IMG/VR virus record: IMGVR_UViG_3300000357_000123
Origin: a virus
Taxonomy: Duplodnaviria > Heunggongvirae > Uroviricota > Caudoviricetes
Direction: 5' to 3' (one strand)
DNA length: 11,134 nucleotides
Made by a program: the position numbers and the translations under genes. This document shows positions 1-7,576 of this stretch, one piece after another. The notes below the pieces were generated by a model, which saw only the letters and a list, made by a program, of their open reading frames with translations, made no database searches and was not told the DNA's origin. Position 1 is the stretch's first letter; the number at the start of each line of letters is the position of its first letter.

Positions 1-40
1 TAGCGGTCATAAAACCGCCGCGAAGCAGTCGACCGATCAT
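1..40 (-). CDS. Possible 5' end of a flanking (host-side?) gene running off the left edge; N-terminus reads MIGRLLRGGFMTA
   Basis: ATG at 40..38 on the minus strand preceded by an AAGGTGG Shine-Dalgarno about 6 nt upstream; only 13 codons visible, product not recognised. Confidence 0.3.
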   Translation of the reverse strand, partial: MIGRLLRGGFMTA

Positions 41-206
41 TCGAGTTCCACCTTCTTATTCATAAGGCGGGACACTTTCAGGATTTTGAATTTATTCAAT
101 TTTTCCCTTTCTCCAAAATCTCTCCAAAACGTTTCCCCAAAACTAGGCCACGCATTTTACAACACTTTTTTCCTGAGATGGTGACGGATATTCCATATGG
201 TGTTTG

Positions 207-1325
207 TCAAATAACCAACTTAACCCATTCCTGACCTCGAGTATCGTTATAGCGATCGGTGGTTGCCTGGACTTTATGTCCTAGTAATGTTTTTGTATCG
301 ATACCCTGTGCACGGTACAGCCGTTCTGATAGAGAGCGTTGTTCATGAAATGTTGGCGAAGTTTTTCCTGCTGGTGGAATTATCCCAGCCAGATCCCGTG
401 CTTTGGCAAAGTAGTCGCTCAGGTTGTCTTTACTCATCGGCTTCGGTTGTTTCTGGTGCCGACTATGGATTAGATATGGACTTAATATTCTGTCTCGGCA
501 CCCATCAATAACTTCTTTTAACGTTATCCCAATGGCATCACAGCGTAGTGTAAGCGGTAACGCCAGACGCATTCCGGTTTTTCCCTGGGTGATATGCAAG
601 TGTTCGTTCCACACATCTGAAAAACGCATGTGGCAAATGTCATCACGGCGCTGACCAGTAACAATCGCAAGAAGCATTGCGTTACGGATAAAGTGTTTTT
701 CAGGCGTTGCATTGTAAATTTTTTGCCAGTCTTCCATGGTGAGCCTGGCTCTGGTTACTTTAGGGATCGGTTTACGGGTAGCCTCCGGAGGATTCCATCC
801 AGGAGGAACTTCCCCTGCATGCTGTGCTTCTTTATAAATATCAACCCATAATCCACGATTTACTCTCGCTGTGCTGACCATGTCTTTATCCAGCCACTCA
901 TCCAGTATTAATGCAAAGTCTCTTACTTCCAGTTCTTTCAATGGGTGGTTTCCCAGACGGGAAACCAGGTATGCAGCCATTCGAGTTTTTTCTTTGTGAG
1001 TTGTAGCTGCAATATCTCCATTTTTCAGTCGCGTGTCCTGTATTTTCAGATATCGATCAACCCATGCCTTTAATCTGATACCCCGACGTTTTGTTGCTGA
1101 CGGACTTTCATCAATTTTGCGCATGAAATATTCAGCTTCTGCTGCAGCTATTCGCTGATTGGCTGTGGAAGCGATTTTTTCTGCCTTACCTTTGTCTGTT
1201 CCGAGTCCGTGAAATTTTCCAGTCACAGGATTTTTATACTGGTAGTAAACTCTGCCAGTTCTGCGATCAAACTTTTCGTAAAGACCGGCTACGTCAGTGC
1301 TGTTTTTTCGTGGCCTCGGTGACAT
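207..1325 (-). CDS. int: Lambda-family tyrosine integrase (site-specific recombinase)
   Basis: 372-aa ORF; C-terminal half aligns by eye with lambda Int (VTGQR, HEQRS, LLGHK, and the catalytic Tyr in TDRYNDTRG); AAGGAG RBS upstream of the ATG; the start lies within the 3' end of the upstream excisionase-like ORF if that ORF uses its alternative frame. Confidence 0.95.
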   Translation of the reverse strand: MSPRPRKNSTDVAGLYEKFDRRTGRVYYQYKNPVTGKFHGLGTDKGKAEKIASTANQRIAAAEAEYFMRKIDESPSATKRRGIRLKAWVDRYLKIQDTRLKNGDIAATTHKEKTRMAAYLVSRLGNHPLKELEVRDFALILDEWLDKDMVSTARVNRGLWVDIYKEAQHAGEVPPGWNPPEATRKPIPKVTRARLTMEDWQKIYNATPEKHFIRNAMLLAIVTGQRRDDICHMRFSDVWNEHLHITQGKTGMRLALPLTLRCDAIGITLKEVIDGCRDRILSPYLIHSRHQKQPKPMSKDNLSDYFAKARDLAGIIPPAGKTSPTFHEQRSLSERLYRAQGIDTKTLLGHKVQATTDRYNDTRGQEWVKLVI

Positions 1326-1340
1326 GAGTTAAAATCTCCT

Positions 1341-1643
1341 TCAGTGCATCATCATCGCCAGTATGAATTTCCGGCGCAATTCCCGTTTCACCAGGCCCAA
1401 CAAATACTGCTCGGCGATCTNNNNNNNNNNNNNNNNNNNNNNNNNNNNNNNNNNNNNNNNNNNNNNNNNNNNNNNNNNNNNNNNNNNNNNNNNNNNNNNN
1501 NNNNNNNNACGCCCACGAATTTTTTGTGGCCTTGGAACGATGTATCCTAGTTTTCCGTATTTCACCAGGGTAGTGTTTGTTATTGGGAGACTGAACCGTT
1601 TTGGTTTCCACTCGTCGAGCGTTATCAGGTACTGTTCGCTCAT
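1341..1643 (-). CDS. xis: Excisionase (Xis-like), interrupted by an N-run
   Basis: N-terminus MSEQYLITLDEWKPKRFSLPITNTTLVKYGKLGYIVPRPQKIRGR resembles lambda Xis (YLTLQEW ... IFPPPVKDGREYLF); ATG at 1643 with GGAG upstream; position immediately upstream of int. The C-terminus is uncertain because of the 1421-1508 gap: stop at 1341 in the gap-preserved frame, or at 1294 in the alternative frame that overlaps int. Confidence 0.7.
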   Translation of the reverse strand: MSEQYLITLDEWKPKRFSLPITNTTLVKYGKLGYIVPRPQKIRGRXXXXXXXXXXXXXXXXXXXXXXXXXXXXXXIAEQYLLGLVKRELRRKFILAMMMH

Positions 1644-1704
1644 GGCTATCACTCCGGAACGCGCCAGTTGCAGAATATCAACGACAACTGGCGACGGTTG
1701 AACA

Positions 1705-4146
1705 TTAAAAATCAGCCTGACTCGGGATCAGTTTTTGCCAGATAACTGAAACGTATTTTGCCTGGTAACGGGCGTCATCAAGTGCATTATGGCGCTCACC
1801 TTCGAATGGAATAGCCGTTCTGGCATCGAAGTCTATGGCTTTCCCCAGCTCAACGATTGTGCGTACATCGCGATCGTTGTAGTAACGCCACGGGCAGGGG
1901 ATCCCCTGCCGTTCGTATGAACGGCGCAAAATCGTGTTGTCGAAGTTGGCTCCATTTCCCCAGACCTGAACAAAAAATTCACCGGAGTTTTCGTCGATAA
2001 ATTCCCGCAATTGTAACAGTGCATCATCTAACGGGATTTCATCGGTCATAATGGCAGATTGCGCTTCGCGTGATTGCTTAAGCCACCATTTAATGGTGTC
2101 CCGATCAATGACTCCGCCAGCAGTTTCCAGATCGATAGTCTTACTAAATTCCGGTCCCATATCTCCGGTTTGCGGATCGAAAAATATTGCACCTATTGAG
2201 ATGATCGGGGCATCAGGATTTTTTCCCATGGTTTCAAGGTCGATCATTAGATGGTCACACGTCCTGCTGGTGGATGTGATTTCTTGATGACCGTTCACCT
2301 TAATTGAGTGATCTGCCGTCTCGCCAGTTTCATTATCGCTATCGTGATGCTGATTGCCGCCAGTGTTCTCCTTGTGTGGATGTTCAGCGCCTTCCATTTC
2401 CTCCGGATCATCTTCCTGAACTTCAACCTGATACTCTTCATCGAATGTTTCCTGGTATGTTGCGTCGCCCATCACCGCGCCACAATCAGGGCAGTTGCCG
2501 CCGCCGGTCTGACCGCAGGCGGTGCAGACTTTTTCCACTTCCTGTTGCGCCACTGGTTCGGATTGTTTCGTTTCTGGCTCGTTTTGTAACGCATTTGGGC
2601 TGTTTTGTTCCGCTTTTTGGTCGTTCCGTTCCGATTCATGCTGGTTCTGGTTCACAGAATCGCGAGTCTGGATCCCTTTGACCCATTTCGGATCATTAGG
2701 GTCGCTAATCCCCTCAACAAATTCACCACGCGATACAGCAAGTAACTTATCGGCGTCAGGCTGGCTGATATTGGCTGCCTGCATAATTTTGTTTACTTCG
2801 TCAGCGGTGACTTTTACTTGGTTAGCGGAACTCACCTGCGACTGAGCATCCAGCGACTGCGCGTTCTGGCCATGTTCAGTTGTATCCGGTTCCATTGTTT
2901 CAGTTGTTGCCTGTTCACCTGCCATTGCGTCAGATGGTTGTGGTTTTTCTTCTTCTGTTTCACGCTCAGTAACCACCTCGCGGTTAATTTCTTCCAGGAT
3001 ATCTTTTTCCGGCGTATGCCGGGCAGCTGTGAGAGTTTCCTTGCTGGGGTTCTCGTGATCAGTTTCCGTCAAATAGGCGTTGATATACCCCTGAAGGCGT
3101 CCCGGGTAGTGATAAAATTCAGGGTGTGCGCTTCGGATAAGTGCAAAAATAGCGGCGCGGGAATAGTCCAGAATACCCGGGGTTGCACGAAGTGCTGCGG
3201 ACCATTCTTTGAACGGACTTTCTTTGTTCAGGACTACTTCTTTTGCGCGACGATAAACGCTGCCCGGAATTTCATAAATATTAAAATCCATCGGAAGTGT
3301 GGCTGCTGCAATCTCCACATCCAGTGTGTCGAGGGTGTGTACTAAATTCGGATTGCGATCGGTTTTGTTCCCACCGCCAGCATTAGCACCGGAAGCCGTG
3401 CGGGTGATGCGTGAAACACGATTTCCTTTCATCCACTCTTTTGTCAGCAAACCCCGATCAGTGTAGTCAGCGTCTAGGTATGCTTCGAAAAAAGCAGTTA
3501 TTAGTCCCAGGTCTGAATTACCAGGATTAGGGAAAACTTTGTCAGTGTCACGAACCAGTTTGTGGAGGTCGCGAATCTCCAGCGAGTCGAGCAGACTGGT
3601 TTTATGCGAAATAGCCAGGGCAGTAACAGCCGGTAGTTCTTCAGCCCGTGCAATGTGTAATGCCTGGAGTTCGTCGCGTGAAACGTGCGTTACTGGTTTT
3701 TCGCTGCCGTGTTGAGCAAGCCAACGAATGGGCAGTTCCTGACCGGAGACAGGCAGAAGCATGCTCTCCTCAATCTCAGTCATGGCTTCGCCGTTGATGT
3801 TGGTATTGTCAGTGCTGGCTGGTTTGTCCTGAACAGAGGGGGAAGGGCCGATAAATGTCATTGTGATGCCATCTTTCCCGCCTTTTTCATAGCGATTGCA
3901 GAATTCAGTATCAAACACGCCTTCTGGCGGAAGGTCGTCAACAACGGGCAAATTGACGCGGACGGGTTTTTTAAAGTCGTCTTCATCATAATCGTTGTCA
4001 TCCATTGCGGTAATGCAGCGGGAGATTGCAACAGATAATTTTTTTGCTGTAGTCCAGTAAAAACCACCTTTAATTCCTAGGCGTTTTCTTACTTTGTCAT
4101 TTTTTGCTTCGCAATATAGTGCAAATTCTTCTTTATCAGTGCTCAT
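1705..4146 (-). CDS. RecE-like (exodeoxyribonuclease VIII-like) N-terminal region fused to a C-terminal DEDDh (DnaQ-like) 3'-5' exonuclease domain; probable intact counterpart of Qin YdfE
   Basis: 813-aa ORF. The C-terminal 184 aa (about 1708-2259) carry the three classical DEDDh motifs: MIDLETMG (Exo I), [10 protein letters not shown] (Exo II), [11 protein letters not shown] (Exo III). A C-x2-C-x7-C-x2-C motif ([16 protein letters not shown], about 2479-2528) and an acidic/Q-rich low-complexity linker precede it. The N-terminal region resembles RecE-family prophage proteins from memory. The annotated ATG at 4146 lies 4 nt from the 4151-4247 N-run with no in-frame stop between, so the true N-terminus may be longer. 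Confidence 0.85.
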   Translation of the reverse strand: MSTDKEEFALYCEAKNDKVRKRLGIKGGFYWTTAKKLSVAISRCITAMDDNDYDEDDFKKPVRVNLPVVDDLPPEGVFDTEFCNRYEKGGKDGITMTFIGPSPSVQDKPASTDNTNINGEAMTEIEESMLLPVSGQELPIRWLAQHGSEKPVTHVSRDELQALHIARAEELPAVTALAISHKTSLLDSLEIRDLHKLVRDTDKVFPNPGNSDLGLITAFFEAYLDADYTDRGLLTKEWMKGNRVSRITRTASGANAGGGNKTDRNPNLVHTLDTLDVEIAAATLPMDFNIYEIPGSVYRRAKEVVLNKESPFKEWSAALRATPGILDYSRAAIFALIRSAHPEFYHYPGRLQGYINAYLTETDHENPSKETLTAARHTPEKDILEEINREVVTERETEEEKPQPSDAMAGEQATTETMEPDTTEHGQNAQSLDAQSQVSSANQVKVTADEVNKIMQAANISQPDADKLLAVSRGEFVEGISDPNDPKWVKGIQTRDSVNQNQHESERNDQKAEQNSPNALQNEPETKQSEPVAQQEVEKVCTACGQTGGGNCPDCGAVMGDATYQETFDEEYQVEVQEDDPEEMEGAEHPHKENTGGNQHHDSDNETGETADHSIKVNGHQEITSTSRTCDHLMIDLETMGKNPDAPIISIGAIFFDPQTGDMGPEFSKTIDLETAGGVIDRDTIKWWLKQSREAQSAIMTDEIPLDDALLQLREFIDENSGEFFVQVWGNGANFDNTILRRSYERQGIPCPWRYYNDRDVRTIVELGKAIDFDARTAIPFEGERHNALDDARYQAKYVSVIWQKLIPSQADF

Positions 4147-4330
4147 TATTNNNNNNNNNNNNNNNNNNNNNNNNNNNNNNNNNNNNNNNNNNNNNNNNNN
4201 NNNNNNNNNNNNNNNNNNNNNNNNNNNNNNNNNNNNNNNNNNNNNNNCCTCATCACAGATTTAAGGGTGAACAAATCTCTGCCATTGCTGACATATAAGA
4301 ATGAAACTGGATATTTATTACGGTGCTGTT

Positions 4331-4524
4331 TTAAAATCCTGCCGGGATTTCGTTATTATCCTGGTGAATAACTTTATCGACCGGATAACAGTTGCCTGGA
4401 ATTTTCTGTTCGGTTGCTGCTGCCATACATTCCTGCATTGTTCTGTGAACACTGACTGNNNNNNNNNNACTGACTCTCCGGAAACAAGAAAAACCGTCAG
4501 AATAAGTGCAAATACTGGATTCAT
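4331..4524 (-). CDS. ydfD: YdfD-like small protein with hydrophobic N-terminal segment (Qin YdfD lysis-protein family), interrupted by a 10-nt N-run
   Basis: ATG at 4524 overlaps the dicB stop (ATGA) and has an AGGA RBS; N-terminus MNPVFALILTVFLVSGES is TM/signal-like. After the 4459-4468 gap the protein-like frame is the one ending at 4331 (VSVHRTMQECMAAATEQKIPGNCYPVDKVIHQDNNEIPAGF); the gap-preserved frame ending at 4318 is K/R-rich and looks spurious. Confidence 0.55.
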
Positions 4525-4791
4525 TGTGCACATCCTTTTGGCATCAGACGTAAACGGGCCAGCATTGAAACAATGCATACTTTATTTAATAACTCCCNNN
4601 NNNNNNNNNNNNNNNNNNNNNNNNNNNNNNNNNNNNNNNNNNNNNNNNNNNNNNNNNNNNNNNNNNNNNNNNNNNNNNNNNNNNNNNNNNNNNNNNNNNN
4701 NNNNNNNNNNNNTAAATACAGGATTACTGATAGTGACACCAATTTCAAAACAACCTTCAGACGTATTAACGTTTGGTAATAACGTTTTCAT
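4521..4791 (-). CDS. dicB: Cell-division inhibitor DicB (MinC-activating), interrupted by an N-run
   Basis: N-terminus MKTLLPNVNTSEGCFEIGVTISNPVF and C-terminus ELLNKVCIVSMLARLRLMPKGCAQ match E. coli DicB as I recall it; GAGGG RBS 7 nt upstream of the ATG at 4791; sits immediately downstream of DicF as in the Qin dicB operon. The 115-nt N-run is longer than the roughly 33 nt expected for a 62-aa DicB. Confidence 0.8.
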
Positions 4792-5049
4792 TATCGCGCC
4801 CTCAACAATGAGTTTTGTGATGCGGTGCCTGGTGCCTCCAGGTGACGTTAACCAGTTAACAATTAACGCCGGATACAGAGAATCCACCCATAACACTGTT
4901 TTTGGTTTTAACTGTTCCGCGTGCGCTTANNNNNNNNNNNNNNNNNNNNNNNNNNNNNNNNNNNNNNNNNNNNNNNNNNNNNNNNNNNNNNNNNNNNNNN
5001 NNNNNNNNNNNNNNNNNNNNNNNNNNNNCCGCATCACAAAATTCACTTT

Positions 5050-5107
5050 AAAAAGGGCGGCAGAGCAGTCACGGAGTAAAACTGATACCGCCAAACGTCA
5101 CCAGAAA
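5050..5107 (-). ncRNA. dicF: DicF small regulatory RNA (Hfq-dependent; targets ftsZ and other mRNAs) with its rho-independent terminator
   Basis: Minus-strand sequence TTTCTGGTGACGTTTGGCGGTATCAGTTTTACTCCGTGACTGCTCTGCCGCCCTTTTT matches the E. coli DicF sequence from memory, including the GC stem (GGCGG...CCGCC) followed by a U-run; flanking sequence (AAAGTGAATTTTGTGATG) also matches the remembered dicF-dicB spacer. Confidence 0.85.
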
Positions 5108-5448
5108 ATTGATAACAGAGGGCGTTGCAGTGGGGTTGTCACTTAAGCGTATGGTCAACCTGACAACCCGGTGTCCTCAACGGGGGAAGGAATAACCCCG
5201 CCATACTTACCGCCGCGCCATTTCGCGGATTGCCACAACCGGAAGCGCACGGTCGACGAAAATTTAACGACAGGCTATCTATGAACCAGCTACCTCGCCG
5301 TGCGCTTTCGCGTTATGGTCTGACTTTTCAGGGAAATATCCTTTCAGTAAACTGTCAGTGCCGGATGCTCACCCGTGTCCGGCGCACGCACTCCACCTCA
5401 CCCGTGGAGAACTCCTTAATTACCAACCTTAGCTTCGTTGGTTATCTA

Positions 5449-5752
5449 TTAACGCGGGTATGTAATCATTCTGGCAATGCTTAATGCCGCTGCTTTTTCC
5501 AGCCTGGTGATATCCTGCTCCAGAGCGGACAGATTTTCAGCCTGCTTAGCTCTGGCTTCATNNNNNNNNNNNNNNNNNNNNNNNNNNNNNNNNNNNNNNN
5601 NNNNNNNNNNNNNNNNNNNNNNNNNNNNNNNNNNNNNNNNNNNNNNNNNNNCATTTCAGATCCTGCGCTGCATTAATTTTCTGGCGCATCCACTCATAAA
5701 GTTCATCATCGGTATAGTCTGGCGCGATGATGACGGGTTCTCGTTTCTGCAT
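5449..5752 (-). CDS. ydfC: YdfC-like small protein of the dicB operon, interrupted by an N-run
   Basis: ATG at 5752 with a GAGGA RBS 6 nt upstream; N-terminus MQKREPVIIAPDYTDDELYEWMRQKINAAQDLK; after the 5562-5651 gap the only protein-like frame reads EARAKQAENLSALEQDITRLEKAAALSIARMITYPR and stops at 5449. Visible residues sum to 68, close to the roughly 72 aa I recall for YdfC, so the real gap is probably about 12 nt rather than 90. Confidence 0.6.
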
Positions 5753-5781
5753 ACTGATTCCTCGCGGTGCTGTTTCGCTTA

Positions 5782-5991
5782 TCAGCCGTTAGATTTTGCC
5801 GAACTGGAAAGCGCCTGTTTAAATTCGTTGAAGCTGTGAGCTTCTTCGCCTTCGGCAAGGCCTTCGAAGNNNNNNNNNNNNNNNNNNNNNNNNNNNNNNN
5901 NNNNNNNNNNNNNNNNNNNNNNNNNNNNNNNNNNNNNNNNNNNNNNNNNNNNNNNNNNNNNNNNNNNTTCCATGATTGTGTCAAAATCCAT
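5782..5991 (-). CDS. ydfB: YdfB-like small protein of the dicB operon, interrupted by an N-run
   Basis: ATG at 5991 is 1 nt downstream of the ydfA-like stop (TGAtATG) with a GGTGAG RBS; N-terminus MDFDTIME; after the 5870-5967 gap the frame reads FEGLAEGEEAHSFNEFKQALSSSAKSNG and stops at 5782. Confidence 0.5.
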   Translation of the reverse strand: MDFDTIMEXXXXXXXXXXXXXXXXXXXXXXXXXXXXXXXXXFEGLAEGEEAHSFNEFKQALSSSAKSNG

Positions 5992-5992
5992 A

Positions 5993-6148
5993 TCACTCAC
6001 CTGAGTTTCTTTCCAGCCAGCGACGGGCACCATTTTCGGTTTTAAACGTTTTGCTTTTTGTATACGTCATTGCGGTGAAGGTGCCGTCCTGGTTTGGAAA
6101 CACGCCGTACACCAGAGATTCGTTGTTGCCAAGATCGATAGTATCCAT
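5993..6148 (-). CDS. ydfA: YdfA-like small protein (DUF1391-type), first gene of the dicB-type operon
   Basis: 51-aa reading MDTIDLGNNESLVYGVFPNQDGTFTAMTYTKSKTFKTENGARRWLERNSGE from the ATG at 6148 with a GAGG RBS 7 nt upstream. An in-frame upstream ATG at 6229 (also with GAGG) would give a 78-aa form. Confidence 0.6.
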   Translation of the reverse strand: MDTIDLGNNESLVYGVFPNQDGTFTAMTYTKSKTFKTENGARRWLERNSGE

Positions 6149-6327
6149 GCTGACCTCATTTCCCCTTAACGCCGGGGTAGCGGAACAAAAACCTGCTGCA
6201 TAGTTATTAAAGTTGAACCCTGCCGTCATGTTCTTACGCCTCGGGCTGGCTACTTAACCCCTGACCACTGCCTGGTAACTCGAAGTATTGCCCTGCATTC
6301 TGTAGGATGGGGTGAGGGAATGAATGA

Positions 6328-6356
6328 AGTTTAGAAAAACGAACTTTTCAGGTCAA
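6328..6356 (-). promoter_or_regulatory. Candidate leftward (pL-like) promoter for the dicB-type operon
   Basis: On the minus strand: TTGACC (-35, 6356..6351), 17-nt spacer, TAAACT (-10, 6333..6328). A GTTTTGAT motif (6373..6366) lies just upstream of the -35, mirroring the arrangement at the rightward promoter. Confidence 0.35.
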
Positions 6357-6610
6357 TGTTTTTTTATCAAAACATTTTAAGCAGGCAGCTGTTAAGCCAT
6401 CACCACGATGGCATACAGTTAATCAAATAGATGAGGTTGGTTAAATATCTTGTTGAATTTTAAAGCATACGCCCAATATGCAAGATAGATCATCCAGCAT
6501 AATTGAAGGGTAGCGAGGATTCGTGGGGACTAAAAGAATATCCGGCCCTTCTATCTCCAGTTTACGAATGACAGGTGTTGTGGTCCCTTTGGGTAAGGCA
6601 AGGACAATAT

Positions 6611-7165
6611 TTACTGGTTGTACGGTTCGATCNNNNNNNNNNNNNNNNNNNNNNNNNNNNNNNNNNNNNNNNNNNNNNNNNNNNNNNNNNNNNNNNNNNN
6701 NNNNNNNNNNNNNNNNNNNNNNNNNNNNNNNNNTGTTGAACCATTTGGGATGGAAACTCCCCCACCAGATGTTGACATACTGTCACTCTCTAGAACAACT
6801 GCAAAGGTATTGACCGGGATTTCTCCGACAAGCTGCACACAAGAGGTTATTGAGGAATTTTTCATATAATCACTCCAGCTTGCTGCCTGCTGAAGTGATA
6901 GTAGCGGAACCGTTTTTATCGGCGGTAAAGATAGATCAAGCGAATCACCTGTATTTAACTCTCCTCCATTAAGAAGCCAATTTTCGTTTACTTTCAATAT
7001 TTTTGCCAGTGAACTTATGTAACGCGAGGACGGCGCTCCTCCACCGTTCATCCATTGACTTACGGAGCCTTTTGATGCGCCAGTGCCATTGACAAGGTCT
7101 TTGCCTTTCAGGTTTAGCGCATGCATACGTTGGGTTATGCGTTCAGATATAGTTTGCTTGCTCAT
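6611..7165 (-). CDS. cI: CI-type prophage repressor (XRE-family HTH N-terminal domain plus S24 LexA-like autopeptidase C-terminal domain), interrupted by an N-run
   Basis: 184-aa ORF; HTH signature (GTGASKGSVSQWMNGGGAPSSRYISSLAKILKVNENWLLNG); S24 catalytic-serine motif ESDSM followed by the glycine-rich loop. Divergent from the cro-like gene across a 91-bp region. The C-terminal domain looks too short (about 54 aa after the Ser), so the 6633-6733 N-run probably hides more sequence than its length. Confidence 0.85.
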   Translation of the reverse strand: MSKQTISERITQRMHALNLKGKDLVNGTGASKGSVSQWMNGGGAPSSRYISSLAKILKVNENWLLNGGELNTGDSLDLSLPPIKTVPLLSLQQAASWSDYMKNSSITSCVQLVGEIPVNTFAVVLESDSMSTSGGGVSIPNGSTXXXXXXXXXXXXXXXXXXXXXXXXXXXXXXXXXXIEPYNQ

Positions 7166-7256
7166 GTTTTGATTTTAAAACACAGATGGTTTTGTTTCTT
7201 GACTTTCTTTGGTTTTGATTATTAAACTTTTGACGTTCAGTTTTATGGAGCGACTC
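7166..7256. promoter_or_regulatory. Divergent immunity control region (OR-like): rightward promoter and candidate operators between cI and the cro-like gene
   Basis: TTGACT (7199-7204) with TATTAA (7220-7225) 15 nt downstream as a candidate pR; GTTTTGAT(T) repeated at 7166-7174 and 7212-7220 and GGTTTTG at 7188-7194; palindromic TTTTAAAA at 7174-7181. Confidence 0.5.
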
Positions 7257-7576
7257 ATGAAAAAATCAGAAGTATTAGGCTATTTTGNNNNNNNNNNNNN
7301 NNNNNNNNNNNNNNNNNNNNNNNNNNNNNNNNNNNNNNNNNNNNNNNNNNNNNNNNNNNNNNNNNNNNNNNNNNNNNNNNNNNNNNNNNNCTAGGAACGT
7401 CAAAAACCACAGTCAGCATGTGGGGGGAAGAGGTTCCGTGGAAATGGGCGTTGCTAATTCAGGCAGTCACTGCCGGGGCGCTCAAATATGAGTTACACAT
7501 ACCGACGGTTGTCATTCCCGGTTCTGATCATAATCCGCCTTCTAACCAAGGGGGGATTCATGAAAATCAAGCATGA
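7257..7576 (+). CDS. Cro/YdaS-like small HTH regulator, interrupted by an N-run
   Basis: ATG at 7257 with GGAG 6 nt upstream (MKKSEVLGYF...); after the 7288-7390 gap the protein-like frame reads LGTSKTTVSMWGEEVPWKWALLIQAVTAGALKYELHIPTVVIPGSDHNPPSNQGGIHENQA with TGA at 7574-7576; first gene rightward of the repressor. Confidence 0.6.

Noticed and set aside
263-851. Plus-strand ORFs 263-511, 424-654 and 630-851, and minus-strand ORF 524-712
   Set aside because: Embedded in or antisense to the integrase gene, whose identity is strongly supported; no independent coding signal.
1344-1701. Plus-strand ORFs 1344-1550 and 1363-1701 in the xis region
   Set aside because: Antisense to the Xis-like ORF and largely read through the N-run.
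2051-4038. Plus-strand ORFs of 78-175 aa (2051-2287, 2304-2681, 2308-2589, 2522-2845, 2818-3345, 3685-4038)
   Set aside because: All lie antisense within the 813-aa exonuclease gene, have odd compositions (Cys/Phe/Trp-rich) and no convincing RBS; treated as shadow ORFs of the coding strand.
1294-4146. Search for a RecT/Bet/Erf-type annealase or Gam-like gene next to the exonuclease
   Set aside because: No ORF of suitable size or composition is visible on either side; one could still be hidden in the N-run at 4151-4247, though that is only 97 nt.
4318-4578. 86-aa minus-strand reading of the ydfD region ending at 4318
   Set aside because: Its post-gap segment is K/R-rich and non-protein-like; the alternative frame ending at 4331 is more plausible, and the 10-nt gap need not preserve frame. 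The gap is flanked by ACTGACT on both sides, suggesting a short masked repeat.
4301-5146. 281-aa plus-strand ORF
   Set aside because: An artefact of reading N-runs as codons; it spans four masked segments and is antisense to dicB, ydfD and DicF.
5230-5484. 84-aa plus-strand ORF in the ydfC-DicF spacer
   Set aside because: Antisense to the operon, no RBS, Arg/Ser-rich composition; the region is better explained as a structured RNA leader.
6623-6631. GGTTCGATC, a tRNA T-loop-like motif
   Set aside because: Lies inside the cI coding sequence directly before an N-run; no acceptor or anticodon stem can be built from the visible flanks.
6523-6813. ORFs 6523-6813 (+) and 6562-6786 (-) overlapping the 3' end of cI
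   Set aside because: Mostly composed of masked codons and overlapping the well-supported repressor ORF.
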